From: Mobula hypostoma
Taxonomy: Eukaryota
NCBI RefSeq assembly: GCF_963921235.1
Contig: NC_086097.1
Location: forward strand, 122,142,001-122,206,000
Direction of reading: 5' to 3'
DNA length: 64,000 nucleotides
This document shows positions 60,584 through 64,000 of the stretch, one piece after another. The notes beneath the pieces were generated by a model, which made no database searches, was not told the origin of the DNA, and saw nothing but the letters and a program-made list of their open reading frames with translations. Both the position numbers and the translations under genes were made by a program. The number at the start of each line of letters is the position of its first letter. The stretch's first letter is position 1.

Positions 60584-62220
60584 CTACCATATTTCAAAGG
60601 TTTTTCCAAACTATATCATATTTAAATTTAGAAAAAATCAGAAGTGACATTTTTGATCCTTCGGTTAAATTTGAAGAGACTTGGAAACCATTTATTCAAC
60701 ATTTTCATATGATGTAATTTGACCTTTCCGAATCCTTCTTATTAACTTAAAATATATGAATAGAGGAGCCCAGTTGACGACATTATTGAATGTATTCGAG
60801 TTAAGATATTGGTCCAGCCTTGTTTTGTTCCATTTGCTTTTTTTTGTGTTTAGTATTTAGTTTTTTTTTGTTTTTTTGTTTTTTTTTCTTTGCATTTTTA
60901 TTTCTTTTTATTTCTACTATTAAATCTATCATACCTGCATTATTTAAATACTTTTTTGTACATGTTTATCAACAATAGGATTATTCTAATCTCTCTCTGT
61001 ATCAATATTGTTATTCTGTTTATAATTTTGGGAAATTAATAAAAAGATTTAAAAAGAAAGAAAGAATTAGCAGTAGAGCTAGGATGTAAAGGTCGTTTGA
61101 GCAGTGGTGCAGGAGGGAGGATTTCAGGTTCCTGGGGCATTGGAACTGGTTCTGTGGGAGGTGGGTCTAGTTGAAACCAGACAATTTACACCTTGCAGGA
61201 TGGGGAACAACGCCCTATTGGGATTGTTTGCTGGTGCTGTTGGGAAGGGCTCAAACTAACATAACAGGATGGTGGCAATCCATGCAGAAAGACAGAGGGA
61301 AGCAGTGCAGAGATCATAGCAAATGTGAGATGTCAGAGTGAAATACAGAAAAGTCAAATGCAAAGGACACAATAGTTACTAGATTCTAAAAGGGCAATGA
61401 GTGTAAGGGCACTTTATCTGAATGCCTGTAATGTTTGAAACAAAGTCAGTCAACTTGTGACTCAAATCAGTACAAAGGGTTTAGTGGTTAGTGATTTAGT
61501 AGTTATTACAGAAATGTGCTTACAGGTGGGGGATGATTGGGAATTAAAAATGCATGGGTATCAGGGAATATGGAAGGATAGTCAGGAATGTACAGAAGAA
61601 TCTTAATTAAGGATGAGATCTAGGTGATAATGAAAAACAATATAAGATCTAAGGAGTAGAATACCGAGTCCATCTGGGTAGATATTAAGAATAGTAAAGA
61701 GAAAAAAACATTGGTAGGAGTTGTCCACAAGCCATTGAATATTTACATTACAGTGGCAGAAAGAAGAAACTAAGAAATATTTGATGGTTTTACGAATGGA
61801 ATGCTAGTTGTCAAAGGAGGATATGAACTTGCACATAAAATTGGACAAATCAAGTTGGTCGAGGTAGTCGTGAGGAGGATTTCAAAGAATGCATCTTGAA
61901 CGTTGGTGAACCTACAAGGGAAAATAATAACTTAGATCTTGTCTTGTGCAAGGAGAGAGTTAAAATTAACAATCTTGTAGTTGGGGATCCCCTTGGAAAG
62001 AGCGATGACTGAATTTCTCATACAAATGGATCAAAAACTAGTGTATTACGTCAAAACAAGAGACATTGCCATGGGATGAACAACATGACTACTACAATTC
62101 TACCTCTACAGTCGGATGAGGGAGGAGCTGACTAGCACAGATCAGGAACACAGGCCTTATGGTGGGACATTCGAGTAATGGAAGACCTTCAAAGAGATTT
62201 TTCATTGTGCTCAACAAAAG

Positions 62221-63500
62221 CAAAGTTCAAAGTTCAAAGTATATTTATTATCAAGGTAGATATATGTCACCATATACAACCCTGAGATTCATTTTCTTGC
62301 AGATATACTCAATAAATCCAGTAACCATAATAGAATTAATGGAAGGCCATACCTACAGGGCGGACAACCACTGTTCAAAAGACAGCAAATTGTACAAATC
62401 CAAAAAGAGAAAAAAAGAAATAACAATAATAGCAATAATAATAATAATAAAATAATTATAATAATAATAATTATAAAATAAGTAAGCAATGAATTTCAAC
62501 AACATGAGATAACGAGTCCTTGAAAGTGACTCCATAGATTTTTGGATAAGTTCAGTGATGGGGCAAATGAAGTCAAGTGAAGTTATCCCCTGTGGTTCAA
62601 GAACCAGATGTTTGATAGGTAATAACTGTTCCTGAACCTGATGGTGTGAGTCCTGAGGCTCCTGTGCCTTCTCCTTAATGGCAGCAGCGAGAAGGGAGCA
62701 TGATCTGGGTGGTGGGGGACCCTGATGATGGATTCTGGTTTCCTGAGACAATACAGATGTGCTCAATGATAAGGAGGGCTTTACCCATGACAGGCTTGGC
62801 CATATCCACTACTTTTTGCAGGATTTTCCGTTCAAGGGCTTTGGTGTTTCCATACCAGGCTGTGATGCAGCCAGTTAATATACTCTCCACCACTGTCAAA
62901 GTTTTAGCTGGCATGCAGAATCTTCACAAACTTCTAAGAAAGTAAAAATCCTGCCATGCTTTCTTCGTAATTGCACTTGCATACATACTGGGCCCAGGAC
63001 AGGTTTCTGAAATCATGATGCCGAGGAGTTTAAAGTTGCTGACCCTCTCACCTCTGATTCCCCCCGATGAGGACTGGCTCATGGACCTCTGGTTTGCTCC
63101 TTCTGAAATCAGTAGTCAGCTCCTTGGTCTTGCTGACATTGAGTAACTGTTTGTTGTTGTGGCACCACTGAGCCAGGTTTTCAATCTCCCTCCTACATGC
63201 TGATTTGTCATCCTCTTTGATTCAGCCAATGACAGCGCTGTTGTCAGCAAACTTAAATATAGTATTGGATCTGTGTTTAGCCACATGGTCATAAGTATAA
63301 AGCGAGTAGAGCAGGGGGCTGAGCACACAGCCATGTGGTGCATCTGTGCTCATGGAGATTGTGGAGGAGGTGTTGGTGCCAATCCAAACTGACTAGGGTC
63401 TGCAAGTGAGGAAATGGAGGATCCAATTGCACTGGGCAGATTTAGGCCAAGGCCTTGAAGTTTATTGAATGCTGAGCTGTAGTCAATAAAGATCACCCTG
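62221..63500 (-). mobile_element. Rex1/Babar LINE 3' part inserted in a CR1
   Basis: Peptide VVESILTGCITAWYGNTKALERKILQKVV and RT remnants at 63180-63500. Tail caaagttcaaagttcaaag, and an imperfect (AAT)n at 62420-62480. Confidence 0.85.
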
Positions 63501-64000
63501 ATGCTCTTTATTCCAGTTAAAAGCAAGGACAGTAAGGGTGGGGAAAGCCAGCCTTGGATAACTAAGGAATAAAAGAAGACATCAAGCCAAATGTTCTTGC
63601 AAAGTCACTAAGAGTAGTGGCAAATGGAGATATGGAAAAGTTTAAAAAGCAATAAGGAACCACTAACCAAGCAATAAGAAAGGGGTGTTAGATTATGAAA
63701 GTAAACTAGCACAAAATAAAAAAAGCAGATAGCAGAAGTTTTTTTATAATGATATAAAGTGGAAAAGAGTGGCTAAAGTAAACATACATCCTTTGGAAAA
63801 TGAGAAGGGGAAATTAAAATTGTGTAATGTGGAAATGGCTGAAGCCTTGGATGACTATCTTGGTGAAGAGTACGTCTCGCATACCAAAGAGAGATGTTAT
63901 GGATGCGATAGGAGGTACTGAAAGAAATTAAAGCTGTTTTTGTGATAATTTACCAAAATGCTCTGGACTCTGGACAGGTCCCGGCAGATTGGAAGTCAGC

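Larger units (their letters stand above)
58927..61062 (+). mobile_element. L1-clade LINE 3' end (fish-type), 5'-truncated
   Basis: Peptides SFEQLSNKFNLPGSHFFRYLQIR and IQFKVVHRAH, zinc knuckle CDRC..HMFWSC, and ARRSILLNWK. AATAAA plus an A-rich tail. Degenerate TSD agaattagtggta (58914-58926) / agaattagcagta (61063-61075). Confidence 0.88.
58215..64000 (+). mobile_element. Old, near full-length CR1 (ORF1 zinc finger and esterase, ORF2 endonuclease and linker) with several insertions; runs off the window end
   Basis: ORF1 remnants SCAMW...DDYIY.K, MVCCLPDAR, VVVHVGT and VVISGLL. ORF2 begins ALYLNA at about 61408. ggcagattggaag (ADWK) lies at the window end. Confidence 0.8.

Overview
This is repeat-dense vertebrate intronic DNA. 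The repeat complement (CR1, Rex1/Babar, V-SINEs, Penelope-like elements) suggests a cartilaginous fish, probably a ray, but that is an inference. The only host coding sequence I can support is one 108-bp minus-strand exon at 36967-37074 ([36 protein letters not shown], with AG/GT sites). It matches the second coding exon (PH domain) of DOK6, so the window is most likely DOK6 intron 1, exon 2 and intron 2. The rest is mostly nested mobile DNA: CR1 and Rex1/Babar LINEs, an L1 3' end, two copies of a ~410-430 bp non-autonomous RTE derivative, tRNA-derived SINEs, a full-length but dead hAT transposon (8-bp TSD), hAT MITEs, and Chapaev3-like, Tigger/pogo and Tc1 relics. The most interesting signal is a set of Penelope-like terminal repeats carrying minimal type-I hammerhead ribozyme motifs. 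Two have intact catalytic cores (41828-41865 on + and 17841-17875 on -), and the second lies in the sense orientation of the inferred DOK6 pre-mRNA. Hammerheads in Penelope-like elements are a known phenomenon, and I found no evidence of a wholly new multi-gene system. Family names come from recalled motifs, not database searches, and boundaries without a TSD or TIR are approximate.
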